A stretch of DNA of 60,287 nt from contig JAVSMQ010000001.1 in NCBI GenBank assembly GCA_032027125.1, positions 1,234,242 to 1,294,528 on the forward strand, in the 5' to 3' direction. The notes under the pieces are model-generated. The model had not been told where the DNA came from. It was given only the letters and a program-made list of their open reading frames with translations, and did not search any database. Position 1 is the first letter of the stretch. Every line of letters begins with the position of its first letter. Shown here in pieces: positions 49,960 to 58,534 of this stretch. This DNA comes from Candidatus Kapaibacterium sp. Lineage in GTDB: Bacteria; Bacteroidota; Ignavibacteria; Kapaibacteriales; UBA2268. A program made the position numbers and the translations under genes.

Positions 49960-51042
49960 TTACATATTGTTTTTACGGAATTCAACCATAAATTTGGCTA
50001 ATGCATCTGCCGATTCAATTGGGCATGCATTATAAACGGATGCTCTTACGCCGCCGACTGAACGGTGTCCTTTGAGACCAATCATGTTCAATGCTTTTGC
50101 TTCGCTTATGAATTTTGCTTCAAGTTCCGGAGTAGTAAGGTTCCAGGTTATGTTCATTAATGAGCGGTCTTCGGCATTTTTGACAGCACCCTTATAAAAT
50201 TCAGGATAAGCATCAATTACATCATAAATCAATTTTGCTTTTTTCTCGTTATTCGCCTGAACTGCAGCAACGCCTCCTTGTTCTAAAATCCATTTAAAAG
50301 TTCTGCCAACAGTGAATACGGGCAGGCAGGGAGGTGTGTTAAACATTGACTCGTTTTCGGTATGAGTTTTGTAATTCATCATTGTCGGAATATCTGATTT
50401 TCCTTTTGATGCAAGCCATGATTTCTTAATAACTACAATTGTTACACCTGAAGGTCCTACATTCTTCTGAGCACCTGCATAAATCAGACTGCATTTGCTG
50501 TAATCAAAATCCATACCCATAAAATCGGATGACATATCAGCAACCAGCGGAATATTCCCTGTATCGGGAAGTGATTTAAACTCAGTACCATAGATAGTAT
50601 TATTGGTAGTGATATGGACATAATCGGCATCCGGCGAGAAATTGAATGATTTCGGCAGATAGTTGAAATTTGAATCATCGCTTGTTGCTGCAACGTTAGC
50701 TTTTCCAAAGAATTTACCTTCTTTCCATGCTTTTTTTGCCCAGACACCTGTTACAAGATAGTCAGATTCTTTGTGCATAAAATTGTAAGGAACCATCAGG
50801 AACTGCATACTTGCTCCGCCGCCAAGAAACAATACATCATACTCATCGGGTGATAATTTCATTATCTTCAGACAGTCGCTCTGAGCTTCCTTGATAACTG
50901 CGTCAAATTCTTTTGAGCGGTGACTGACTTCCATCAATCCCATTCCGGTTCCGTTAAAGTCAATAATTGCTTCAGCGGTTTCTTTAACGACCTGAACCGG
51001 TAATATTGCAGGTCCTGCATTAAAATTATGTGCTCTTGCCAT
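49960..51042 (-). CDS. serC: Phosphoserine aminotransferase
   Basis: NFNAGPA, EVSHRS, NNTIYG, DMSSD, YAGAQKN.GP, GHRSVGG.RAS.YNA. Confidence 0.97.
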   Translation of the reverse strand: MARAHNFNAGPAILPVQVVKETAEAIIDFNGTGMGLMEVSHRSKEFDAVIKEAQSDCLKIMKLSPDEYDVLFLGGGASMQFLMVPYNFMHKESDYLVTGVWAKKAWKEGKFFGKANVAATSDDSNFNYLPKSFNFSPDADYVHITTNNTIYGTEFKSLPDTGNIPLVADMSSDFMGMDFDYSKCSLIYAGAQKNVGPSGVTIVVIKKSWLASKGKSDIPTMMNYKTHTENESMFNTPPCLPVFTVGRTFKWILEQGGVAAVQANNEKKAKLIYDVIDAYPEFYKGAVKNAEDRSLMNITWNLTTPELEAKFISEAKALNMIGLKGHRSVGGVRASVYNACPIESADALAKFMVEFRKNNM

Positions 51043-51350
51043 GTTAATTCTCCAAAATTTAATATTTATTTTTTTACAATCTATAACATATCGGCTCTTG
51101 AAAAAATATTTATTCAAAAGTGCCGAATATTCAATACAAAATTAACCTTTTTAAATTTAATTTCATAATTTTTAGGAATAAAATCACATAAATTATTAGC
51201 TTTTAGAATTAGTAATTCAAATTATAGCCTGATTAATCATTTATTTATTGATAAATGGTTTCAAATGTTTCATTTTGAATCATGTTTCAAATATAATTTT
51301 CAATATTTTAACTATTGTACACATATACATAAGTTATCAGAAAAAACAAT

Positions 51351-51629
51351 TTAAACATCCCTTTTGCAATGAACGATAGTTAATATTTTGACAGTTTCAT
51401 CTTCAAAACTATATATTACCTTGTATGATTGATAAATGACTTCCCGTAAATTCAAAGACCTAAAATCAATTGATTTTCTACCACTTTCGGGAAACAATTC
51501 TAATCTTTTTACTGAATTATAGAGTCTCTGGATAAATATTTTTGCATAATACTCCGAACCCTGCTCTATAAAATTACCGATAGACTTCAAGTCTTGAAGC
51601 GCAGTTCCAGACCATATTATTTGAGCCAT
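51351..51629 (-). CDS. RelE/ParE-family toxin
   Basis: IIWS..AL.DL..I..FI...L..FPESGR...RE.I...Y.VIY...ILTI.H. Confidence 0.9.
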   Translation of the reverse strand: MAQIIWSGTALQDLKSIGNFIEQGSEYYAKIFIQRLYNSVKRLELFPESGRKSIDFRSLNLREVIYQSYKVIYSFEDETVKILTIVHCKRDV

Positions 51630-51832
51630 TTTTCTAATTCCAGTCCTACTTCATCATTTGTGAAAGTATTTCCGTTCTTAAAATCATTCATACCATTTTC
51701 AATTTTCTGCTGCAGATAAAGTAAATACATCATATCCTCAATTGAAGCATTTCCCGGAGCTTCGGAGATAAGTTTTAGAACAGTATCTTTGTGACTTTGA
51801 TCGTTATTCATAGTAGCAATCCAATTATTCAT
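51617..51832 (-). CDS. Cognate antitoxin
   Basis: P.NASIEDMMY.LY..QKIE.G..D...G......V; overlaps the toxin start. Confidence 0.8.
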   Translation of the reverse strand: MNNWIATMNNDQSHKDTVLKLISEAPGNASIEDMMYLLYLQQKIENGMNDFKNGNTFTNDEVGLELEKWLK

Positions 51833-51996
51833 AATGATGAATATGAAGTATTAAATAGGTTATTATTGAGTAATAATTGATAATTGATAATTATTTAATA
51901 TTTTTTACTTTTCAAAACTTTATTAAGCTTTTCAAATATAATTTTCAATACTTCGACTAATGTAAACATATACATAAGTTATCGGAAAAATGATTA

Positions 51997-53496
51997 ATGT
52001 TTAAAAAAATACTTGTTGCTAACCGTGGTGAAATTGCTGTAAGAGTTATGAGGTCTGCCCGTGAAATGGGTATCGAAACCGTTGCAGTTTATCACGAGGT
52101 TGATAAAGAAGCTCTATACGTAAGTTATGCTGACTATGCCTATCGCCTGACAGGCGACACACCCAAAAGTGCATATTTGGATATGGAGCAAATAATTGAG
52201 ACAGCATTGAAAAGTGGTGCAGAGGCAATTCATCCGGGCTATGGTTTTCTATCAGAGCGGGCAGAATTCGCAAAGAAAGTTACCGAAGCCGGAATAAAGT
52301 TTATTGGACCTATGGCTGAATCAATTGAAATGATGGGCAGCAAAACCAAAGCCCGCGAACTTATGATGAATGCAGGTGTGCCTGTTGTTCCGGGAACTAA
52401 AGAAAAAATAACGGATATAGAAAGAGCAAAAATTATTGCTGCAGAACTCGGTTTTCCGGTTCTTCTAAAAGCTTCCGCAGGTGGAGGCGGGAAAGGAATG
52501 AGGAAAGTGTTCGATTCAGCAGACCTCGAACCGGCTTATGAGGCAGCATCAAGGGAAGCTCTAAAGGCTTTTGGTGATGATGCTGTATATATCGAAAAAT
52601 TTATTGAAAGCCCTAAGCATATCGAAATGCAGATACTTGCCGACGAACACGGGAATTGTGTATATCTTGGTGAGCGGGACTGTTCTATTCAGCGCCGTCA
52701 CCAAAAGGTTATTGAAGAAGCACCTTCATCTGTTTTGGATGATGATTTGCGTAAAAGAATGGGCGATGTTGCAGTTAATGCTGCCAAAGCCTGTAATTAT
52801 CATAATGCAGGAACCATAGAATTTCTACTGGATAGAGAACGCAATTTTTATTTCCTTGAAATGAATACCCGTCTTCAGGTTGAACACGCTGTCACAGAAG
52901 TAGTTACAGGTATTAATCTTGTAAAAGCACAGATTAAAATTGCCTGTGGGGAGGAACTTGAATATACTCAGGATGATATAAAAATCAACGGACACGCTAT
53001 TGAATGCAGGATTTATGCAGAAGACCCGTTTAATGAATTTATGCCTGATACCGGAACTATCAATTATCACAGACAGCCTGCAGGTTATGGAGTGCGGGTT
53101 GACAGCGGAGTTGAGTCGGGTTCTGTCGTTTCTATTCATTTCGACCCAATGCTTTCAAAATTGATTACATACGGGCGTGACAGAATCGAAGCGATAAGCA
53201 GAATGGAAATGGCTCTGCGGAACTACAGAATTAAAGGTGTGAAAACCGTAATACCATTTCTGCTTGCTGTTATGCAGCACCCCGAATTTCGCTACGGGTG
53301 GTTTGATACAGGATTTATTGAACATTCATTTGATTTTGAAACACTTGAAAAAATGAAGAGTGAACATCAGGAAATTGTTGCTGCTATTACCGCTTATGGA
53401 TTGCGAATGACTCAAAATGCTCAAAAACCGTCAAAAGTTCAACCGCAGATAAGTAAGTGGAAAGAAAAACATCTGCTTTTAAGAAGATTAATTTAA
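51997..53496 (+). CDS. accC: Biotin carboxylase subunit (acetyl/propionyl-CoA carboxylase)
   Basis: ANRGEIA, HPGYGFLSE, GGGGKGMR, RDCSIQRRHQK, EMNTRLQVEH. Confidence 0.95.
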   Translation: MFKKILVANRGEIAVRVMRSAREMGIETVAVYHEVDKEALYVSYADYAYRLTGDTPKSAYLDMEQIIETALKSGAEAIHPGYGFLSERAEFAKKVTEAGIKFIGPMAESIEMMGSKTKARELMMNAGVPVVPGTKEKITDIERAKIIAAELGFPVLLKASAGGGGKGMRKVFDSADLEPAYEAASREALKAFGDDAVYIEKFIESPKHIEMQILADEHGNCVYLGERDCSIQRRHQKVIEEAPSSVLDDDLRKRMGDVAVNAAKACNYHNAGTIEFLLDRERNFYFLEMNTRLQVEHAVTEVVTGINLVKAQIKIACGEELEYTQDDIKINGHAIECRIYAEDPFNEFMPDTGTINYHRQPAGYGVRVDSGVESGSVVSIHFDPMLSKLITYGRDRIEAISRMEMALRNYRIKGVKTVIPFLLAVMQHPEFRYGWFDTGFIEHSFDFETLEKMKSEHQEIVAAITAYGLRMTQNAQKPSKVQPQISKWKEKHLLLRRLI

Positions 53497-53518
53497 TCAG
53501 AAACCGGAAATTGTTTAA

Positions 53519-54043
53519 ATGAATAATTTATTGCTGAGTATAGGCAAGACGGAATATGAGGTCAGGTATGATGCTAATGACCACAATATAATTTATGTTG
53601 ATGACAAACCATTCGAAGTTGAACTGATGAAAACTTTCGGTTCGGATGTTTTTTCATTTCTTGTAAATCAGAGAATGTTTCAGGTAGGTCTTGATTTTAT
53701 TGATGATTCAAAACTCGAAATCACACTTGACGGAATGTCGTACAAAATACAGGCTACCGATGAAATGCGTAAGGTTCTCCAAAAGTATATTTCAAATGGC
53801 AGTGGCAAATCAAAAAATGCTGCCGGTTCGGTAAAAGCACCAATGCCGGGGCTTGTTGTCAAGATATTTGTTAAAGAAGGAATGCAGGTGCTTGCCGATG
53901 ACAAACTGATTGTAATAGAAGCGATGAAAATGGAGAATACTCTAAAATCACCGGTGAGCGGCATAGTTAAATCAATAAATGTTTCAGAAAGCCAGGCAGT
54001 TGAAAAAGGTACTTTGCTGATAGAGATTGAGCCGGCGGTTTAG
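53519..54043 (+). CDS. Biotin carboxyl carrier protein
   Basis: APMPG...IEAMKMEN biotinylation motif. Confidence 0.93.
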   Translation: MNNLLLSIGKTEYEVRYDANDHNIIYVDDKPFEVELMKTFGSDVFSFLVNQRMFQVGLDFIDDSKLEITLDGMSYKIQATDEMRKVLQKYISNGSGKSKNAAGSVKAPMPGLVVKIFVKEGMQVLADDKLIVIEAMKMENTLKSPVSGIVKSINVSESQAVEKGTLLIEIEPAV

Positions 54044-54045
54044 GT

Positions 54046-54174
54046 AGCTGTTGAATAAGTATTTTTTTAAGATATACAATCAAGGATACTTGAACTACAA
54101 AGTTATTGAAATTAAAGCAGGTCAAAAATCCTTGTTTGACTTGAGATTTGGAAATATTGACTTTTTCAAGAGGC
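54046..54174. mobile_element. MITE copy 2 (129 bp), inverted relative to copy 1
   Basis: Reverse complement matches 19411-19537, e.g. ttgaaaaagtcaatatttccaaatctcaagtcaaacaaggat is identical. Confidence 0.75.
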
Positions 54175-54405
54175 TTTTAAGTAAATGAATTTGGCCTTAT
54201 TATCATACTATATTATAAGGATTTATTTATAGCTGAAACAGTATAAAAAATTATTGAAACATTTGTAAGCATTGCTAACTTACGTTCATCCTGTAAAATC
54301 GCTAATTTTTCTTTTTAATAATGATTAATTTTAGTTATTTTTGTTTACATTCGTTTAGTCTTATGGATAAAATATAATAAATATCGAATTTATAAAGAAA
54401 ATATT

Positions 54406-54696
54406 ATGGAAACTTTAATAAAAATTGATACTGATTTATTGGATAAAGCTAAAACATTTTCCAATTTAAAAACAGTAGAGCAAGTAACAGAAGAAGCCCT
54501 GAAGAATTATATTTTATTAAACAATATTTTCAATAGGGAAAGCAAGCAGATTGTTAATTTCAAGAAGTCTCCAAATTCAGACAATTTCGAAGATTATTTG
54601 GAATTGAAAGAATATAATAAGAAACATATTAAGAGAGTTGATAAGACTATTAATCTTTCAAAATTGGCAAATGAGGCTAATTATGAAATATTTTGA
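54406..54696 (+). CDS. VapB-like antitoxin
   Basis: T.I.ID.DLL.KA......T...V.EEAL..Y RHH-like N-terminus; overlaps the PIN gene. Confidence 0.75.
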   Translation: METLIKIDTDLLDKAKTFSNLKTVEQVTEEALKNYILLNNIFNRESKQIVNFKKSPNSDNFEDYLELKEYNKKHIKRVDKTINLSKLANEANYEIF

Positions 54697-55087
54697 TTCC
54701 GATGTATTGATTAACTCTCTTGTTATTCAGGATTCAAAAAAACATAAAGATGCTAATGATTTATTAGAAAGTTCATTAAAAGAGAAAAATTTTACGGTCT
54801 CACTACTTAGTTTGCAAGAAGTTTCATTTGTTTTATCAAAGTTACATTATTCAAAAGATTTTATTATCAAAAATTTGAATTTTTACTTAAGAAATAATCC
54901 TTTAATTCCCGATACACAAATTTTTCAAAGAGCAATTGAACTGGCAAATCATATTGGATTTTCTAATATCAATGACTGTATTCATATATCTGTTGCGGAA
55001 TCTTATTGTCAGGAATTAATAACGTTTAATAGAAAAGATTTTAGCAAATTGAAAAAATATTCAACAATCAAAATTATTATTTTATAA
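54683..55087 (+). CDS. PIN-domain (VapC-like) toxin
   Basis: YFDSDVLI, LQE, NDCIH...A, LITFN.KDF. Confidence 0.85.
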   Translation: MKYFDSDVLINSLVIQDSKKHKDANDLLESSLKEKNFTVSLLSLQEVSFVLSKLHYSKDFIIKNLNFYLRNNPLIPDTQIFQRAIELANHIGFSNINDCIHISVAESYCQELITFNRKDFSKLKKYSTIKIIIL

Positions 55088-55322
55088 TATTGCGGATAAA
55101 TTGTTGATTTAAATATAATTTAATACACTGAAAGGAAATTTATAAAAGAAATAGAATAGAATTTTAAAATATTTGAAAGCGTGGCTTACTTTCGTTCATT
55201 ATAGAAAACGACCAATTTTTAAGAGTGAGAACGGCAAGAAGGAACGCCCCAAACGGGGTGTTTTCCGTTGAAGCAGTACATTCTCACAAACTTTTTTTAA
55301 CAGACAAATAACTCCTAACCAG

Positions 55323-56663
55323 ATGCAGCAAAGAACATTTAAACTTAAAGCAGGAAGCCGGAATTCAGGCGATGTTCTATACTGGATGAGCCGCGAACAA
55401 AGAGACAGGGATAATTGGACACTGATTAATGCTTATAATGATTCAATTGAAAGAAAATCCAACCTTTATGTAGTTTTTGCACTAACCGATAATTTCCACG
55501 GCGTGTCCAAACGTCAGTTTCCCTTTATGTTCAACGGTTTGAAAGAAGTAAGTCTTAATCTGCAGAAATTAAACATACATTTTCAGATTCTTACGGGAAA
55601 TCCTCCGGAAGAAATAGCTGAATTTGTTAAACAGATGAATGTGGCAGTTGTTTATACAGATTTTGACCCGCTCAGAATTAAACGGCAGTGGAAAAAGAAA
55701 TTGGCTGAAAAAATTGATGCAGCAATATTTGAAGTTGACTCGCATAATATTGTTCCGTGCAGAATTGCTTCAGATAAACAGGAGTTTGGCGCATATACAA
55801 TACGAAACAAGATTAAAAGCCGGCTGGACGAATACCTTACTGAATTTCCCGATATTAAAATCCATCCTTTCAATGAGAATGTTAATAACATATTTCCGGA
55901 ATTGGATTTACCAAACTCTCAAACTTATCCTGCTGAATCAAAGTTGTTTATTTCCGGTATGGCAGAAGCCGGAAATCGTCTAAAATATTTTCTTGAAAAC
56001 CGGTTGAATGATTATGCTCTGTTGAGAAATGACCCTTCAAACAATTTTCAATCGAATTTATCTCTCTATCTGCATTTCGGACACATTTCCGCTCAGAGAA
56101 TTGCTCTTGAGGTAATTAATTGTGATTGCAAAACCGAATCTAAGGATGCATTTCTCGAAGAGCTTATCATCAGAAAGGAATTATCTGATAATTTCTGCTT
56201 TTATAATCAGAATTATGACAATTTTGAAGGGTTTCCTGACTGGGCAAAGAAAACACTTTCAGAGCATCAAGCCGATGAACGGGAACATATTTATACAACT
56301 GAACAGTTTGAAGATGCCCGAACACACGACCCATACTGGAATGCAGCGCAATTGGAGATGGTGGTTGCCGGCAAAATGCACGGATATATGAGAATGTATT
56401 GGGCAAAAAAAATACTCGAGTGGACTGAAAATCCTGAATCAGCTCTTGAAACTGCAATATATCTCAACGATAAATACGAACTGGACGGCAATGACCCGAA
56501 CGGATATGCAGGGATAGTCTGGTCAATCGGCGGAGTTCACGACAGAGCTTGGGGTGAGAGACCTGTATTTGGTAAGATACGGTATATGAACGCTAAAGGA
56601 TTGAAACGCAAATTCAATATAGATGAATATGTCAGAAATATAAATAGATTAATGTGTGAATAA
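55323..56663 (+). CDS. phrB: Class II CPD DNA photolyase
   Basis: YWMSREQR..DNW, VD.HNIVP, HGYMRMYWAKKILEW, HDRAW.ERP.FGKIRYM. Confidence 0.95.
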   Translation: MQQRTFKLKAGSRNSGDVLYWMSREQRDRDNWTLINAYNDSIERKSNLYVVFALTDNFHGVSKRQFPFMFNGLKEVSLNLQKLNIHFQILTGNPPEEIAEFVKQMNVAVVYTDFDPLRIKRQWKKKLAEKIDAAIFEVDSHNIVPCRIASDKQEFGAYTIRNKIKSRLDEYLTEFPDIKIHPFNENVNNIFPELDLPNSQTYPAESKLFISGMAEAGNRLKYFLENRLNDYALLRNDPSNNFQSNLSLYLHFGHISAQRIALEVINCDCKTESKDAFLEELIIRKELSDNFCFYNQNYDNFEGFPDWAKKTLSEHQADEREHIYTTEQFEDARTHDPYWNAAQLEMVVAGKMHGYMRMYWAKKILEWTENPESALETAIYLNDKYELDGNDPNGYAGIVWSIGGVHDRAWGERPVFGKIRYMNAKGLKRKFNIDEYVRNINRLMCE

Positions 56664-56707
56664 CAAATTATCGGACTTGGTGAAAAACATAATTATTGCA
56701 TAAAAAA

Positions 56708-56878
56708 CTAATTTGCTTCAACTGCATCCTTTTTGAAAGGCTTTGTAATTAATCTATCTGTATGCTCTTTTTGCTTTTCTATGATATAATTAATGTATTT
56801 TTTTATATCATAATCAAACTTCTCAAGGATTTTCTCCCGAGTTTTTCTTACTTCTTCTACAATAGGATCTTTAAACAT
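56708..56878 (-). CDS. Small 56-aa protein of the type found downstream of PIN toxins
   Basis: Manual translation MFKDPIVEEVRKTREKILEKFDYDIKKY... Confidence 0.65.
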   Translation of the reverse strand: MFKDPIVEEVRKTREKILEKFDYDIKKYINYIIEKQKEHTDRLITKPFKKDAVEAN

Positions 56879-56945
56879 CACTAATCTCCATAAGTTCTTC
56901 AGGTGTACATAAAATTGGCGAAAACAGATTATTTAATAAAATTAA
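56871..56945 (-). pseudogene. C-terminal stub of a PIN-domain toxin
   Basis: *LILLNNLFSPILCTPEELMEISDV*; P.ICTPEEL is a typical ending of this PIN subfamily; no start codon, preceded by TAG. Confidence 0.55.
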
Positions 56946-57015
56946 CTACACCGTAGCAAGCTTCAGGGAATTTACACCATTTGATTAAAATTCAATGCAT
57001 ATTCGTATTCAATCG

Positions 57016-57234
57016 TCATCTTAAATCCCTGTCTTCACGTAGAATTGATGTAGAGTAATTCGGATTGATATTTTTCAAATTAATTGGAACGAAGTCCGGA
57101 TTTTCAAAAGAAAACCTACAGTTATTTTCGTAAGGAGTAATAATGACATTAACCTGTTTGTAATTAAAATCAATAGGTAAATCAATCCTTACTTTATGGT
57201 TTTTTACAAATAATGTTTGTCTTATTTCATTCAT
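57016..57234 (-). CDS. Small hypothetical (antitoxin-like) protein
   Basis: IRQ...VKNH...I.LP.DF....V.VII.P N-terminus and RE.RD C-terminus. Confidence 0.6.
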   Translation of the reverse strand: MNEIRQTLFVKNHKVRIDLPIDFNYKQVNVIITPYENNCRFSFENPDFVPINLKNINPNYSTSILREDRDLR

Positions 57235-57715
57235 ATTACAAATCCTTAAAACCTTTTAAACGTCAGTTTTTTTCAATTATTGTTGAATTTTCTACTAACA
57301 TCCATCACATCTTTACTTACTTCCCTTACAAATTCTCATCTTTGGTATGACAAATCGTGGGATTTTATTATAAAAACAATAGAACATATCAGCCCTGCTT
57401 TGAAAAAGTGCGAAAACAAGTACATTGTGCAAGTTGTTTATAATTTCGCCGGTAAGAACTATTAGGTAAGTTATGTGTTCTGAAATTGCTATACATACTG
57501 CAATTATATTGTTATGATAATTTATTGCAAATTATAATAAAATAAAATATTTAATGCAGTTATCAGTTAATATAAATAAGTATTCAGAATATTTTATACA
57601 GAAAAAAGAAATGCTGATTGAAATGAAAAAAGAGAATGAGAAAAGCGGAAAGATTTCTGCAAAGAATCATTTTTATATTTATTCAGAAAATTTGTCAATA
57701 AGGGAGGTGAAATAA

Positions 57716-57904
57716 ATGTCACTGTTAACTATTGTTGTTGTTTTGATTATAGTAGGTGTAGGACTTTGGTTGATAAACAACTATATCCCGATGGATAGTA
57801 AAATTAAGTCCCTTTTGAACATTGTTGTTGTAATCGTTGTTATTATATGGTTACTTCAGGCGTTCGGTATAATCGGCAGTCTTTCTGAATTTAAACTTAA
57901 TTAA
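57716..57904 (+). CDS. Thivi_2564-like two-TM membrane protein
   Basis: LI.VGV.LWLIN.YIPM...IK..LNIVVVI.V.IWLL; strong GGAGG SD. Confidence 0.85.
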   Translation: MSLLTIVVVLIIVGVGLWLINNYIPMDSKIKSLLNIVVVIVVIIWLLQAFGIIGSLSEFKLN

Positions 57905-57949
57905 ATTGGTGCTGTTAGAAAGATTTAATGTTCATAATTTTGAAAATAT

Positions 57950-57975
57950 GCCCGGTAACTTTACTGGGCTTTTTT
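57950..57975 (+). terminator. Intrinsic terminator
   Basis: gcccggtaa-ct-ttactgggc followed by a T run. Confidence 0.75.
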
Positions 57976-58009
57976 GTTGTGCTAAGAAATAACTGAAATT
58001 TATATAGAA

Positions 58010-58534
58010 TCATTTCTTTTTTGATGCAACGGCAAGGTCGAATATTTTACTTATTTTCATAAATGGTTTTGCATCAATATCCGAAAAAAGAATTTCGCCT
58101 TTATAAATCAGCATGGTGGCATGGAGTTCGGTCTTTTCTCCTGTTATTTCGATTATTGTTGCACCTATCAATTCTGATATTTTGCTGTCTGAATCCGAAT
58201 ACAAACTAACGGCAGAATTCTCGTATTTAACTTGTTTCAGTATCTTTCTGCACTGAACTGCATCGTCGTTGCTGAAACCGATTACCTTGATATTTTGTTT
58301 TTTAAGTGTATCCGAAATTGCATTCAACAGATTCAACTGGTGAAGACATTTGGAGCATGTTGCACCCAGATACCGAATCAGAATTATAGGTTGAGCGAAA
58401 GACTCCTTTATTATCTCGTGCTTATTTCCATCTAAATCGGTAAGCCAAATATTTGCAGGTTTATCTTTAGAAATAACCGGACTGAATATCATCAGCCCGG
58501 TTAATATCAATATAAAAAAGATTTTGTTCATCAT
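58010..58534 (-). CDS. Secreted redoxin (AhpC/TSA-like) domain protein
   Basis: Signal peptide, L.DLDG, CSKC motif, VIGFS.D; overlaps the oxidase stop. Confidence 0.75.
   Translation of the reverse strand: MMNKIFFILILTGLMIFSPVISKDKPANIWLTDLDGNKHEIIKESFAQPIILIRYLGATCSKCLHQLNLLNAISDTLKKQNIKVIGFSNDDAVQCRKILKQVKYENSAVSLYSDSDSKISELIGATIIEITGEKTELHATMLIYKGEILFSDIDAKPFMKISKIFDLAVASKKK

Larger units (their letters stand above)
51285..51990. repeat. 61-bp direct repeat pair (51285-51345 and 51930-51990) flanking a RelE/ParE TA module
   Basis: 55 of 61 positions identical by manual alignment. Confidence 0.88.

Noticed and set aside
57280-57465. 61-aa ORF
   Set aside because: TTG start without a clear SD and no recognisable motif on either strand.
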